Of a DNA stretch of 64,000 nucleotides, positions 63,406 to 64,000 are shown piece after piece (the first letter of the stretch is position 1; every line of letters starts with the position of its first letter). The stretch is from an uncultured Pelagibacteraceae bacterium (GTDB lineage: Bacteria > Pseudomonadota > Alphaproteobacteria > Pelagibacterales > Pelagibacteraceae). Below the pieces are notes generated by a model, which did no database searches, was not told where the DNA came from, and worked only from the letters and a program-made list of their open reading frames with translations. A program made the position numbers and the translations under genes. The DNA lies in the NCBI GenBank assembly GCA_902568235.1, contig CACFPS010000004.1, positions 29,217 through 93,216 on the forward strand, read 5' to 3'.

Positions 63406-64000
63406 TTAATTTTCAATTAAAGCATTAGTAAAAATATTTTGCACATCTTCTTCATCTTCTAGCTGCTCCAAAAACTTAGTCATATTTTGTTTGGCATCTT
63501 CATTTAAATTTACTTTATTTATGGGCATCCATTCAATTTCCGTAGATAAAAAATTATGAATTTTTTTTTCTAGTTTTTTTTTTACTTTATATATTTCATT
63601 TGAATCTGTTTGAATTTCATGAAATTTATCTTTAGACAAACATTCATTAGCCCCTGATTCTATTGCCAATTCAAAAACCTCGTCATCATTTATTTCTTTT
63701 TTATCAATTTTTATCACTCCTAATTTTTGAAAATTATGTGAAGCCGAACCTTGTGTGCCAAGGCCCCCACCATTTTTTTGGAATAAAGTCCTAATAATTG
63801 AAGCAGTTCTATTTTTATTATCTGTTAACGCCTCTACAATTATAGCTGTTTTGTTAGGTCCAAAACCCTCGTATCTTATATTTTCAAAATTTGATTCTGT
63901 ATTTATAGATGATTTATCTATTGCTCTTTTCATGTTTTCTTTTGGCATATTTGCTGACCTTGCAGCTTGAATGGCTGATCTTAGCCTTGAATTCATATCT
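63406..64000 (-). CDS. yebC: YebC/PmpR family protein, 5' end outside the window
   Basis: N.RLR.AI..A...NMPK, YEGFGP, TDNKNRT, LED.EDVQ.IF.N. Confidence 0.95.
   Translation of the reverse strand, partial: DMNSRLRSAIQAARSANMPKENMKRAIDKSSINTESNFENIRYEGFGPNKTAIIVEALTDNKNRTASIIRTLFQKNGGGLGTQGSASHNFQKLGVIKIDKKEINDDEVFELAIESGANECLSKDKFHEIQTDSNEIYKVKKKLEKKIHNFLSTEIEWMPINKVNLNEDAKQNMTKFLEQLEDEEDVQNIFTNALIEN

Noticed and set aside
1-64000. CRISPR arrays, rRNA, riboswitches, dif site
   Set aside because: No regularly spaced repeats or recognisable structured RNA besides the two tRNAs; intergenic spaces are mostly too short. A covariance-model search was not possible.

Overview
A very AT-rich, extremely gene-dense alphaproteobacterial chromosome segment. 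Composition, tiny or negative intergenic gaps and gene order strongly suggest a Pelagibacterales (SAR11) genome; this is an inference. From about 14.5 kb onward it is mostly housekeeping: panB, gloA, guaA, rlmE, pssA/psd, icd, alaS, recA, tolC, umuDC, tRNA-Leu(GAG), nadA/nadC, ppdK, glyQS, ispB, pdxH, aroC, dxs/ispA/xseB, sua5, an ABC-2 exporter, tRNA-Arg(TCG), rluD, rpoH, purA, thiD, glmM, folP, ftsH, tilS, cpoB-pal-tolBARQ, a resolvase and yebC. The first 14.5 kb is an accessory catabolic region with no local regulator. It holds 5-oxoprolinase pxpA/pxpB, a TRAP transporter whose binding protein resembles the pyroglutamate-binding DctP6/7 type, a CaiC-like CoA ligase, an atypical crotonase, a D-amino-acid dehydrogenase, a ThDP enzyme, an Asp/Glu racemase-family protein, TauE, a cytoplasmic GGT-like Ntn hydrolase and an orphan ectoine-hydrolase (EutD/DoeA)-like enzyme. 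This is the best candidate for an undescribed pathway. Other signals: a near-identical 26-bp SOS operator shared by recA and umuD; a DnaA box with a GANTC/11-mer repeat cluster in the umuD promoter region; a phage/MOC1-type resolvase where ruvCAB-ybgC normally sits; and a tRNA-Arg with a UCG anticodon. No CRISPR array, rRNA, integrase or transposase was seen. All family calls come from motif recognition by eye, not database searches.
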